From an uncultured Bryobacteraceae bacterium (GTDB lineage: Bacteria; Acidobacteriota; Terriglobia; Bryobacterales; Bryobacteraceae), in the NCBI GenBank assembly GCA_964247955.1, contig CAXTWT010000002.1, positions 1 to 46,594 on the forward strand: 46,594 nucleotides of DNA, read 5' to 3'. Shown piece after piece: positions 10,501 through 18,337 of this stretch. A program made the translations under genes and the position numbers. Within the stretch, counting starts at the first letter, position 1. Every line of letters begins with the position of its first letter. The notes beneath the pieces are model-generated. The model did no database searches and was not told the DNA's origin. It saw nothing but the letters and a program-made list of their open reading frames with translations.

Positions 10501-10723
10501 TCCCATGGCAACGTCGACCTCGCGGGGCGCGGAAGTGCAGAGGCCCTTGGCGACGGTGGTGATTGGCGGTCTGATCACGGCCACGATGCTGACGTTGTAT
10601 CTGCTGCCCATGCTCTATCCATGGTTCAGCAAAAAAGACAGCCAGGATCAGCAAAACGAAAAGCAAAAGCAATCAGCGGAACCCGAACGCGTATCCGAAC
10701 TGTCCACACTTTTCGAGGCTTGA
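7586..10723 (+). CDS. Heavy-metal efflux RND transporter, CzcA/CusA family
   Basis: 1045 aa with 12-TM RND architecture. Diagnostic HME-type segments are present (LGAVDFGMIVDGAVVMVEN, EVQRPLATVVIGGLITATMLTLYLLP). Confidence 0.95.
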   Translation: MLDFFLNNRWLVLIALLGLMAGGVYTMLHLNIEAYPDLTNVQVLVTTEVPGMSPVEVEQLVTFPVESTLLGMPKTQVVRSVSKLGLSMITVVFDDSMNIYLARQMVSERLGEIRSRIPPGLEPQLGPLATAFGEVYQFTLRGGKADLMQRKTLLDWVVRYDLRTIPGVSEMNSWGGYTKQYTVEVDPLTLRRYGLTVHDVVQQVSENNANFGGGFISHNEEQYTIRGIGRANGIEDLERIVMRSQNGVPILLRDVASVRQLPYPRQGAIMSDGQGETVCGMVIITKGSNGRQLISDVKQRMTSLKLPDGVTIAPFYDQSEVIDATIATVKHNLIEGSVLVIVVLLLFLGNWRAALVVASVIPLSLLFGFLGMAAFGVSANLMSLGAVDFGMIVDGAVVMVENSVRRLEAGQDDDPKETIRRAAHEVARPITFGVAIIIAVYLPIFTLQGLEGRMFHPMAITVCAALAGSLLLALFAIPTVSSFALRQRRKENSSRETSRKRGWFDSLRNHYGRSLHWTLNHRWPILAGALALVFAAAVSLKFIGTEFMPKLDEGSLVVTSRKLPGISLDESIYLGNQIEKVIRGFPEITHVVSKLGRPDQATEAMGIEESDSYLTLAPQKDWKCCKSKEELTEKLSKALNEIPGTAFVFTQPMEMRMDEVVTGIRGDLALKIFGEDLDTLDQLATKAVSLLSTVKGAAEVQKDSSMGVAELRVGVNRPEMDRYGLNVSDVRELVETMLGGKQVSEMVEGERRFGIAVRLPETYRNNIDALGDLYLMAPNGERVQLRQVAELKVVRGPEMVNREGARRRVAVQASVSGRDLGGFVQDAQQKIAKGMRLPAGYTLDWGGEFENQQRANKRLAFVLPISIVIIFGLLYATFQSARQALLILMIVPFALVGGVAALWVRGLDLSLSASIGFIALFGVAVLNGVVMVSHIDALRAGGKKVLEAIKEGAEDRLRPVLMTASVASLGFIPMATSTSRGAEVQRPLATVVIGGLITATMLTLYLLPMLYPWFSKKDSQDQQNEKQKQSAEPERVSELSTLFEA

Positions 10724-10825
10724 GTATTCCTCGACACAGATTTCTCCGTGGGAAGCGAAGAGAGCCAGGTGCTATAAATGGCGATCAAAACAAGTTTAAC
10801 TGGTCATACAAAGGAAGCATGTTAC

Positions 10826-11035
10826 ATGTTCCTCTTACACAAGATTGCCCGTGCGGCGCAGGCGCTCGCCATCATCAGCGTATCCATGGTCGTGAAACCA
10901 AGCGCGGCATGTTCTTGGCTGAGCGTGTCGGCTTACGTCCAGGACGAGAACGGTAAGACAACGGACTGGCAGGGGGATCAACGTCAACTACGAATTCCGT
11001 CGTGTTGCCTTATAGCCGACGAAAAACTGCAATAG
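10826..11035 (+). CDS. Hypothetical small secreted protein
   Basis: ATG at 10826 is preceded by aaggaag. The signal-like N-terminus is MFLLHKIARAAQALAIISVSMVVKPSAA. No recognisable family. Confidence 0.25.
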   Translation: MFLLHKIARAAQALAIISVSMVVKPSAACSWLSVSAYVQDENGKTTDWQGDQRQLRIPSCCLIADEKLQ

Positions 11036-11076
11036 CCCGGTTTTGGTTCTGATCTCCCCGTTGCCTTGACATTAAG

Positions 11077-11451
11077 TTATCCCTGCGCCTTCTTGAGCGT
11101 GATCGTAATGATTTTGGTGCTGCTGGTCTGATCCGCCTCGGAACAGAGGACCTGATCGCCAACTTTTAGGTCCGGGGGCAGACTATAAACTTTGTGAGTG
11201 TCAGATAAGTCGTAAGTTATCTCGACCTGTGAGCGAATTCTGACCGCCAACTTTTTCCCTTTCTCGTAGTATGTAACTTCACCCTCGTGTTCGACCTCTG
11301 CTCGGCTCGACTTTATCTCCTTCGCTTCTGCGCTTCTCCCGGCCGGATAAGTTGATAGATGGCATTGAATCGCAGTGGCGAGCAAGAAAGAAAGTAACAT
11401 AGTATTTAACCGGGAAATTGCAGCTCGATCCGCATCCTCGCTGCCGCTCAA
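11077..11451 (-). CDS. Hypothetical small exported protein
   Basis: TTG start at 11451 is preceded by a strong AAGGAAGGAG (or internal ATG giving MLLSFLLATAIQC...). The body is beta-rich and ends ..DLKVGDQVLCSEADQ..ITITLKKAQG. It shares the DLKVGD-V motif with ORF 45682..46038. Confidence 0.4.
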   Translation of the reverse strand: MSGSEDADRAAISRLNTMLLSFLLATAIQCHLSTYPAGRSAEAKEIKSSRAEVEHEGEVTYYEKGKKLAVRIRSQVEITYDLSDTHKVYSLPPDLKVGDQVLCSEADQTSSTKIITITLKKAQG

Positions 11452-11641
11452 TTGGACTCCTTCCTTGTGAAATACTGTTCAGAAACTTTCGCCTTTAAGA
11501 TGAACACCGACACCAACTATAAGGAACGCTGGGTGTCGCCGCTCCGAGACGGAATGAATCTGGCGCCAAAGAGTACGTGGTTTGCTATCCCGAGGGGAAT
11601 GGGGTGCTGGTCTTAAGCTCCTTGCGGGGGCGTTTGTGTAA

Positions 11642-12499
11642 GAGGGAGTTTGAAAAGGGTCACGATGCCGCGAGTCGGCGTGTCATCAACCGGATCATGG
11701 CGACATAGATGAGCGATTCCGTGGTCTGCGGTAACCGTTCATAGTCGCATTTGAGTCGCCGGTTCCGACAGAGCCAGGCGAAGGTCCGTTCCACCCGCCA
11801 GCGCCACGGTAGAACTGCAAAGCCTTTTTTTCCTTTGGGCTTGCGCACAATCTCCAGCCGTACCTTGCCCCACTGGCGTAAACCGCGAGCCCAAGCTTCC
11901 AGTTCGCCAGCATAAGTGCCATCCGCCCAGATCAGCCGTAGACGCCGGAACTGTTGAGCTAAGGGTGAGAGTAAGAGTTGTGCTCCGTTTCGATCTTGCA
12001 CGTTCGCGGCCGTTACCACGACCAGTAAAAGCAAGCCGAGTGTATCCACGAGGATGTGGCGCTTGCGCCCACGGATCTTCTTGCCGGCGTCGAAACCGCG
12101 CACGTCGCCTGCTTCACTGGTGCGTACCGATTGACTATCCAGAATCGCAGCACTTGGCTTCGTGTTTCAACCGGCCGCTTCCCGCACCCGTTCGCGCAGC
12201 GTGTCATGGATCTGCTGCCACGTTCCTTCGCGACGCCACCGCCAAAAGTAATGATAGACCGTGCGCCCGGGCGGCCGATCGTGCGGCAGCAGTTTCCAGG
12301 CGCTGCCGCTGCGCACGGCATAAAAGATGCCATTCAAAATCTCACGGCGACTATGTTTGGAAGGACGGCCGCCCGGTTGAGCAGGAGGTACGAGCGGTGC
12401 CAGTTGTTCCCATTCCGCATCGGTGAGGTCGGTATCGTAAGAGGTTCGAGAAGGATTCAATCTGCCAGGGTAAACAATCGCCCCTCTTCAAACTCCCTC
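11642..12499 (-). mobile_element. IS5-family (IS427-like) insertion sequence with TAA target-site duplication
   Basis: Terminal inverted repeats gagggagtttgaaaagggt (11642-11660) and cccctcttcaaactccctc (12481-12499) are complementary except for 1-2 mismatches. TAA lies directly outside both ends (11639-11641 and 12500-12502). Confidence 0.85.
11660..12460 (-). pseudogene. IS5-family transposase with one in-frame TGA
   Basis: The N-terminal ORF 12167..12460 (DLTDAEWEQLAPLVPP...GGRPSKHSRREILNGIFYAVRSGSAWKLLP) and the DDE part 11660..12166 (NTKPSAAILDSQSVRTSEAGDVRGFDAGKKIRGRKRHILVDTLG...IWADGTYAG...RWRVERTFAWL) are in the same frame. They are separated only by TGA at 12167-12169 (..REAAG*NTKPSAA..), where relatives usually have Arg. 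Confidence 0.85.
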
Positions 12500-12517
12500 T
12501 AAGCTCGACTTTATCCA

Positions 12518-12777
12518 TCAAGCCGCATAGCAGAGCGCTTCCGTCAAGTGTTGGAGCGATGGGAAAAAACTTTCTATATCGTCCTGTTGTTGGGGGGACC
12601 CTGCAAAAAGTGAGCTGGTCCACAACTGTTGTCGCACCGCTGCGATCGTGTCCGAGAAAGTCAATTGTGGTTTGCGATACCAAGCCGACTGCCGGAGTGG
12701 CAGTTTGCCCCGCTGGTGCAGATCGCGGTTGTGTTGCAAAGATTTTGTATGTTTCCGGCAGAGATGCATGACAGGAC
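12518..12777 (-). pseudogene. C-terminal remnant of an older DDE transposase (IS4/IS701-like; family uncertain)
   Basis: It reads ...LPLRQSAWYRKPQLTFSDTIAAVRQQLW.....LQHLTEALCYAA*, a C-terminal signature I recognise from DDE transposases. The upstream part is cut off at the IS66 end, and the IS5 element sits 15 nt past its stop. Confidence 0.5.
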
Positions 12778-12824
12778 GTAGCCTTTCCTGTTAGGTTCGG
12801 CTCAGGGCCTAGGAGGTCCCCCTC

Positions 12825-13226
12825 ATGAGTCAGAACCTGACGAGCCTACCGGAGGAACTGGTGCAACTGCAGCAACAGTTAGCGGAGTTTCGCAGCACGC
12901 ATCGCGTGCGCTCGCGCTTGCCGGAGCCGTTCTGGGCCGCCGCAACTGAAGTAGCCCGGCATTATGGCGTGCATCAAACGGCGCGGGTGCTGCACTTGGA
13001 TTACGTCGGCCTGAAGAAGCGCGTGGAAGGTCGGAAGCGACCGAAGCGAAAACGCACCGTTTCTCCTTCCGCGCCGACCTTTGTCGAACTGGTCGGGCCT
13101 GCTCCTGTGGCTGTTAGCTCCTGTCGGGTTGAGTTGGAAGCGACACCGGGCAAGCTGCGACTGGAACTACCCGCGCTGGAAGTGAATGAGTTGACCAGTA
13201 TTATTCGCACTTTCCTGAGCCATTGA
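12825..13226 (+). CDS. tnpA: IS66-family accessory protein TnpA (orf1)
   Basis: 133 aa in the position and of the size of IS66 orf1. It lies directly upstream of tnpB with a 3-nt gap. Confidence 0.75.
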   Translation: MSQNLTSLPEELVQLQQQLAEFRSTHRVRSRLPEPFWAAATEVARHYGVHQTARVLHLDYVGLKKRVEGRKRPKRKRTVSPSAPTFVELVGPAPVAVSSCRVELEATPGKLRLELPALEVNELTSIIRTFLSH

Positions 13227-13229
13227 CAC

Positions 13230-13616
13230 ATGTTGCAGATCACGCCGCACATGCGCATCCTGGTGGCGCTGGAGCCGGTCGATGGAAGAAAAGGTATCGA
13301 CGGACTTATTCGGTTGTGCCGGGAACAACTCCGCGCCGATCCGTTTTCGGGCTGCTTGTTTTTCTTTCGGAGTCGTCGGGCGACGTCGATTCGTATTTTG
13401 ACTTATGACGGCCAAGGATTTTTTCTGGCGCAGAAGCGCCTGTCGAAGGGACGATTCTCCTGGTGGCCGAACGGCTCCGGGCCAGCCCGTACGATTGAGG
13501 CGTATCAAGCGCAGTTGCTGCTCGCGGCCGGAAACCCCAACACATCAGCAGCCCCGCTTTGGCGTCCCGTCAATGGACCGGAAGCAACCAAGGATCGTGG
13601 TGAGATTTCCGGCTAA
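13230..13616 (+). CDS. tnpB: IS66-family accessory protein TnpB (orf2)
   Basis: 128 aa: MLQITPHMRILVALEPVDGRKGIDGLIRLCREQL..DPFSGCLFFFRSRRATSIRILTYDGQGFFLAQKRLSKGRFSWWP. This is the canonical IS66 Orf2 pattern. Confidence 0.9.
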   Translation: MLQITPHMRILVALEPVDGRKGIDGLIRLCREQLRADPFSGCLFFFRSRRATSIRILTYDGQGFFLAQKRLSKGRFSWWPNGSGPARTIEAYQAQLLLAAGNPNTSAAPLWRPVNGPEATKDRGEISG

Positions 13617-13703
13617 AAGATTTCTTCTGAACAAGCGCTGGAAAGTGTTCATGACACCTGCTTCCATATCGCCGTTGACTCGAAAGCCGTTTGGAGCGAT
13701 ACT

Positions 13704-13725
13704 CTTTCCTAGACATCTAGGAAAG
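13704..13725. promoter_or_regulatory. Perfect palindrome, candidate PadR operator
   Basis: ctttcctag-acat-ctaggaaag has 9-bp arms and a 4-nt spacer. It ends 8 nt upstream of the padR ATG. Confidence 0.45.
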
Positions 13726-13733
13726 AAAAACGC

Positions 13734-14057
13734 ATGCCGAAAGATACTCTGCAGGGGACGCTCGATCTCTTAATCCTCCAAACCTTGGCACGGGGCACTC
13801 AGCATGGCTACGGGATTACCTGCCACATTTTGGCTGCCTCCGACCATCAACTTCGAGTCGAAGAGGGATCATTGTATCCGGCATTGCGACGCATGGAAGC
13901 CGCCGGGCTGATCCAGGCGGAGTGGAAACGGAGCGAAAATAATCGCCGGGCGCGTTACTACCGGCTCACGAACCTGGGCAGAAGGAAGTTAGCCGAGGAA
14001 ACCAAGAGCTGGCAACAGCATGCGGCAGCGGTGGCCGGCTTTCTAGGATTGGCTTGA
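13734..14057 (+). CDS. PadR-family transcriptional regulator
   Basis: 107 aa with the winged-HTH PadR signature: LQGTLDLLILQTLARGTQHGYGITCHI...EGSLYPALRRMEAAGLIQAEW..SENNRRARYYRLT.LGRRKL. Confidence 0.9.
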   Translation: MPKDTLQGTLDLLILQTLARGTQHGYGITCHILAASDHQLRVEEGSLYPALRRMEAAGLIQAEWKRSENNRRARYYRLTNLGRRKLAEETKSWQQHAAAVAGFLGLA

Positions 14058-16666
14058 GCAGACCGATGTTCCGAAAGCTTATCAACTTATTCCGACCGGA
14101 AGCCTTGGCCGCCGACATCCAGGAAGAACTGGAGTTTCATCGTAGTCAGACTGTCGGTTCCTTCGGCAACCTGACCAGCATTCAGCAGCAGACTCGTGAG
14201 GCAAGCGTGATTCTCTGGCTTGACACGCTGCTGCAGGATACGCGGATCGCGTTCCGGTTCCTACGTCGCACACCGCTGTCCACATTGGTGGCTCTCCTTT
14301 CGATCACCTTGAGTGTGGGGGCGACCGCCGTTGTCTTTGCGGCGGTTAAGGCCGTGCTTTTGAATCCCCTGCCGTATGCTCATCCCGAACGGATTATCCA
14401 GCTCCGCAGCGCCGATGATCTCGCAGAACCATCCCACACGGATTGGATTTTTTGGAATGATGCCCAGGAAGTTATTCGACGCACGCGGACGCTGGCCTCG
14501 GTCGGCATCTACCGCAACGCGGTCTTTGATCTCGGCGGATCAGCAGGCGGCCCGCCGCAGGCTCTTTACGGTCTACGCGTCACGGCCAACCTGTTTCCCA
14601 CCTTGGGCGTTTCTCCCCTGCTGGGGCGCAACATCTCTCCTGACGAGGATCAGCCGGGGCACCCGGAAGAAATGATCCTCAGCTACGGCCTGTGGACGAA
14701 ACGCTTTCGGCAGGACCGAAGCATCATCGGGCAAACGGTTATCGTCAACGGACACCATTGCCTGGTCATTGGCGTGATGCCTGCTGATTTCAACTTTCCG
14801 CTTCGCCGAGCCGCGACTCACACGCCTGCTCCGTATGTTGAGTTCTGGGCACCCTTGAAGACGGGTGGGCCGAACTCGATGAAGGGCGGCCTGGGCGCGG
14901 TAGCGCGTCTCCGTCCCGGCACATCGCTCCAGGAAGCGCAGCAGGATTTAACATCCGTCAATACGGCGCTCCGGCGTGAGTTCCCGGATCGTAACCGCGA
15001 TCGAACGTTACAGCTCGGGCTTCTGCAAGAGCGGGAAATCGGTACAGCCCGTCACGCGCTTCTTTTTCTGATGATGGCCGCGTGGCTGTTTTTACTCATT
15101 GGATGCGCCAACGTGGCCAACCTTCTGCTGGCACGCGGACTCCTTCGTCAGCGTGAAACTGCTTTGCGCTTGGCCCTGGGCGCCGGACGGGTTCGCCTCC
15201 TTCGTCAGTTTCTCACCGAAAGCTATGTCTTATCGACCCTCGGAGGGGTAGGAGGTTATCTGTTGAGTCTGGCTGCTTGGTGCCTGCTACCCAAAATCGC
15301 TCCCGTGAGTATCCCGCGCTTGGCAGAGGCACGCGCGGACGGGACCATTTTGATGTTTGCGATCGCTGTCGCGGTTGTGAATGGCATAGTGTTCGCGCTG
15401 GCTCCGGCTCTGCGCTCGGTTCGCTCGGCGACTCCCGCCTCTCTTCATACTTTGGGAACACGAGCGCCTGGTCTGGCGAGACGGGATTTGATGCGCGCCT
15501 CTCTCGTCGCTGCCGAAGTCGCCGTGAGTGTGGTGCTGGTGCTCCTGGGCGGGCAGTTGTTAGGAAGTTTTCTCGCCCTTCTCCAGAGTGATCCTGGGTT
15601 TGCCGCTCGTCGCATCTTAGCCGCCGTTGTCCTTCCGGCACCCGAACGTTATCCCACACCGGAGCAGCGGGCAACCGTATACCAACGTTTTCTGGAAGCG
15701 ATCAATGCCATTCCCGGCATCGACAACGCCGGAATCGTCGATGCTCTCCCGTTCAGCGGCGAAAATCATGGCGGCTTAATCAGCACGGGTGCGCCCGGAT
15801 CAGGGGACCGCAACGGCCCGTCGGTGGCCGAAATCGACGTGATTGGCGGAAACTACTTGCAAGCGATGGGCGTACATCTCATCGCTGGCCGCTGGTTTCG
15901 CCCCGAAGAGACGCAAAGAGCCAGCAAAACCGCCTTGGTCAACGAGGTCGTCGCCCAACGTTTCTGGCCGGGACAAAACGCGGTCGGCCAGCAGATCTGT
16001 ATTGGCTGCTCTCCCACGAGTTCCCAGGACTGGCGGCAAGTCGTGGGTGTGGTCTCCACCATCCGACAGGCCGCCTTAGAGGGACCGCTCCCTGAGAACG
16101 TCTATCTAGCGGCGGGCGCCTTTGAAAACGCGGCCTTTATTGTGTTGAGGACCGAGCGGCCCTTGGGAGAAATGGACAGCGCCTTACGACGAGCCATCGC
16201 CGGAGTGGACTCGAACCAACCCGTGTTGCTGAGCGCCTCCCTGCAAACCTTAGTGGACGATACGATTGCCGATCGCCGCTTCCTAGTCAGCCTGTTATCA
16301 GGCACGGGTGTGCTGGCCTTGCTGTTGGCCCTCGCGGGAGTGTACGGCGTAACCTCTTATACAACCTCACGCCGAACGCAAGAGATGGGGATTCGGATGG
16401 CGCTGGGCGCTACGGCCGGGAAGGTACATCTTTTAGTGTTTCGGCAGGCGTTCCTCAGTGTAGCCACAGGACTTCTCGCCGGGTTGTGCTTGGCTTCGCT
16501 GCTGACGCTGATTCTGCGCAGCCGTGTGGCCGGTTTTCAAACGATTCGCTGGACAGACACGGGAGTGGCTGCGGTTCTCGTCCTGTGCAGCGCGATCGTG
16601 GCTTGCTGGATTCCCGCTCGTTACGCCACCAAAGTCGATCCCATGCTGGCGCTACGGCAAGAATAA
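14054..16666 (+). CDS. Duplicated MacB-PCD/FtsX permease (ADOP-type ABC transporter permease)
   Basis: ~870 aa (ATG at 14066 is the likelier start: MFRKLINLFRPEALAADIQEELEFH). It has two repeats of TM - large periplasmic domain - three-TM FtsX module, and no ATPase domain. It overlaps or abuts padR. Confidence 0.88.
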   Translation: MSRPMFRKLINLFRPEALAADIQEELEFHRSQTVGSFGNLTSIQQQTREASVILWLDTLLQDTRIAFRFLRRTPLSTLVALLSITLSVGATAVVFAAVKAVLLNPLPYAHPERIIQLRSADDLAEPSHTDWIFWNDAQEVIRRTRTLASVGIYRNAVFDLGGSAGGPPQALYGLRVTANLFPTLGVSPLLGRNISPDEDQPGHPEEMILSYGLWTKRFRQDRSIIGQTVIVNGHHCLVIGVMPADFNFPLRRAATHTPAPYVEFWAPLKTGGPNSMKGGLGAVARLRPGTSLQEAQQDLTSVNTALRREFPDRNRDRTLQLGLLQEREIGTARHALLFLMMAAWLFLLIGCANVANLLLARGLLRQRETALRLALGAGRVRLLRQFLTESYVLSTLGGVGGYLLSLAAWCLLPKIAPVSIPRLAEARADGTILMFAIAVAVVNGIVFALAPALRSVRSATPASLHTLGTRAPGLARRDLMRASLVAAEVAVSVVLVLLGGQLLGSFLALLQSDPGFAARRILAAVVLPAPERYPTPEQRATVYQRFLEAINAIPGIDNAGIVDALPFSGENHGGLISTGAPGSGDRNGPSVAEIDVIGGNYLQAMGVHLIAGRWFRPEETQRASKTALVNEVVAQRFWPGQNAVGQQICIGCSPTSSQDWRQVVGVVSTIRQAALEGPLPENVYLAAGAFENAAFIVLRTERPLGEMDSALRRAIAGVDSNQPVLLSASLQTLVDDTIADRRFLVSLLSGTGVLALLLALAGVYGVTSYTTSRRTQEMGIRMALGATAGKVHLLVFRQAFLSVATGLLAGLCLASLLTLILRSRVAGFQTIRWTDTGVAAVLVLCSAIVACWIPARYATKVDPMLALRQE

Positions 16667-16730
16667 GAGTAGCCCCATCGAGAGAGCAGATTTTTGCCAA
16701 ATGGCTTTTTTGGATTTGTGAGCGCCTGCC

Positions 16731-18266
16731 ATGAAACGTGCCCGACCACAAGTGGAGGTGAATCTGCCGGAGCTGGAGCAGATCCTGGAACAGGCGCGAC
16801 AGACTCCGCTGAACGAAGCAGATTATCAGAAGCTCAAGCATGCCTTGCACGCCTTAGTCGATTTGCTCAGGCCGGTGCGGAGTACCGAAAAAACCGAGAC
16901 CGTGTTAGCCGAAGCCATAGATCGAGCAGCGACGGAGCCAAACGTCTCCAGCGCCGAACAAAACTCACTATCCGGCCACGGGCGGAATGGAGCAGCGGCG
17001 TTCACCGGGGCACGAAAGGTGGAGGTGCGGCACGTTCAACTGCAGTCGGGCGACCGCTGCCCCGCTTGCGAAATCGGAAAAGTCTACCGCCAGAAAAAAC
17101 CCAAGCCGTTGGTGCGGATCATCGGACAAGCGCCGCTGGCGGCGACCGTGTATGAATTAGAACGTTGGCGCTGTAATGCTTGCGGCCAAATCTTTACTGC
17201 TGAGGAGCCGAAAGAAGCCGGACCAGACCGATATGACGAGAGCACGGCGGCGATGATCGCGCAACTCAAGTACGGCAGCGGCGTTCCGTTTTACCGGTTG
17301 GAGAAGTTGCAGGCCAGTGTCGGCATTCCATTGCCAGCCGCCACGCAGTGGGAAATCGTCGAAGCAGCGGCAGAAATCATCCAACCGGCGCTGGAGGAGT
17401 TGATCCGGCAAGGGGCGCAAGGCGAGGTGCTGCACAACGATGACACGCGGATGCGGGTGTTGCGTCTGGCCCGCGAGCCGTCGGACGAACGCACAGGTGT
17501 CTTCACCAGCGGCATTGTGTCCACCCGGCAAGGACAACCGATCGCACTGTACTTTACCGGGCGTCAGCATGCCGGGGAAAATCTGGCCGACGTGCTCCGC
17601 GAACGCCAGGCGGAGCTGCGTCCACCCATTCAGATGTGCGACGCCCTATCGCGCAACATTCCGAAACTGCCAAGCGGTGTGGAGGTGTTGCTGGCAAACT
17701 GTTTGGCGCACGGCAGAAGGCAGTTCGTGGACATAGCCGCAAACTTTCCCGCTGAATGTCGTTATGTGCTGGAGCAAGTCGGCCGTGTCTATGGCTATGA
17801 AGCGGAGGCTGGTGATCGCCAGTTGACCGCTGCGGAGCGACTGCTCTTTCATCAGCAGCATAGCGGTCCGGTGATGGAGGAACTGCACCACTGGCTGGAA
17901 AACCAACTCGCGCACAAGAAAACGGACCCGAACTCCGGACTGGGCAAGGCGATCACGTATTTATTGCGGCATTGGCAGCCCCTCACCCTGTTTCTGCGGG
18001 AGAAAAACGCTCCCTTCGACAACAACCTTGTCGAAAGAGCCTTGAAGCGGGCGGTGTTGCATCGGAAAAACGGTCTCTTCTATCGCACCCTGCACGGAGC
18101 CGAAGTGGGCGACTTATTCATGAGCTTGATCCACACGTGCGAACTCTGCCGGGTCAACTCCTTCGAGTACCTGACCGAACTGCAGCGCCACGCGCAGGAA
18201 CTGGCCACGGAGCCAGCCCGTTGGATGCCGTGGAATTACCGGAACACGCTGGCGCAGAACGCCTGA
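16731..18266 (+). CDS. tnpC: IS66-family transposase TnpC (orf3)
   Basis: 511 aa with an N-terminal coiled-coil/leucine-zipper region, a zinc-finger (CPACEIGKV...WRCNACGQIF), and a DDE core (HNDDTRMRVL...MCDALSRN...CLAHGRRQF...NNLVERALK). Confidence 0.93.
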   Translation: MKRARPQVEVNLPELEQILEQARQTPLNEADYQKLKHALHALVDLLRPVRSTEKTETVLAEAIDRAATEPNVSSAEQNSLSGHGRNGAAAFTGARKVEVRHVQLQSGDRCPACEIGKVYRQKKPKPLVRIIGQAPLAATVYELERWRCNACGQIFTAEEPKEAGPDRYDESTAAMIAQLKYGSGVPFYRLEKLQASVGIPLPAATQWEIVEAAAEIIQPALEELIRQGAQGEVLHNDDTRMRVLRLAREPSDERTGVFTSGIVSTRQGQPIALYFTGRQHAGENLADVLRERQAELRPPIQMCDALSRNIPKLPSGVEVLLANCLAHGRRQFVDIAANFPAECRYVLEQVGRVYGYEAEAGDRQLTAAERLLFHQQHSGPVMEELHHWLENQLAHKKTDPNSGLGKAITYLLRHWQPLTLFLREKNAPFDNNLVERALKRAVLHRKNGLFYRTLHGAEVGDLFMSLIHTCELCRVNSFEYLTELQRHAQELATEPARWMPWNYRNTLAQNA

Positions 18267-18337
18267 CGATCTTCCGGCAATAAAAAATCTGTGACAAATT
18301 GCTGATCCAGATGGGCATGTGCATTTTTGCCGAAAGC

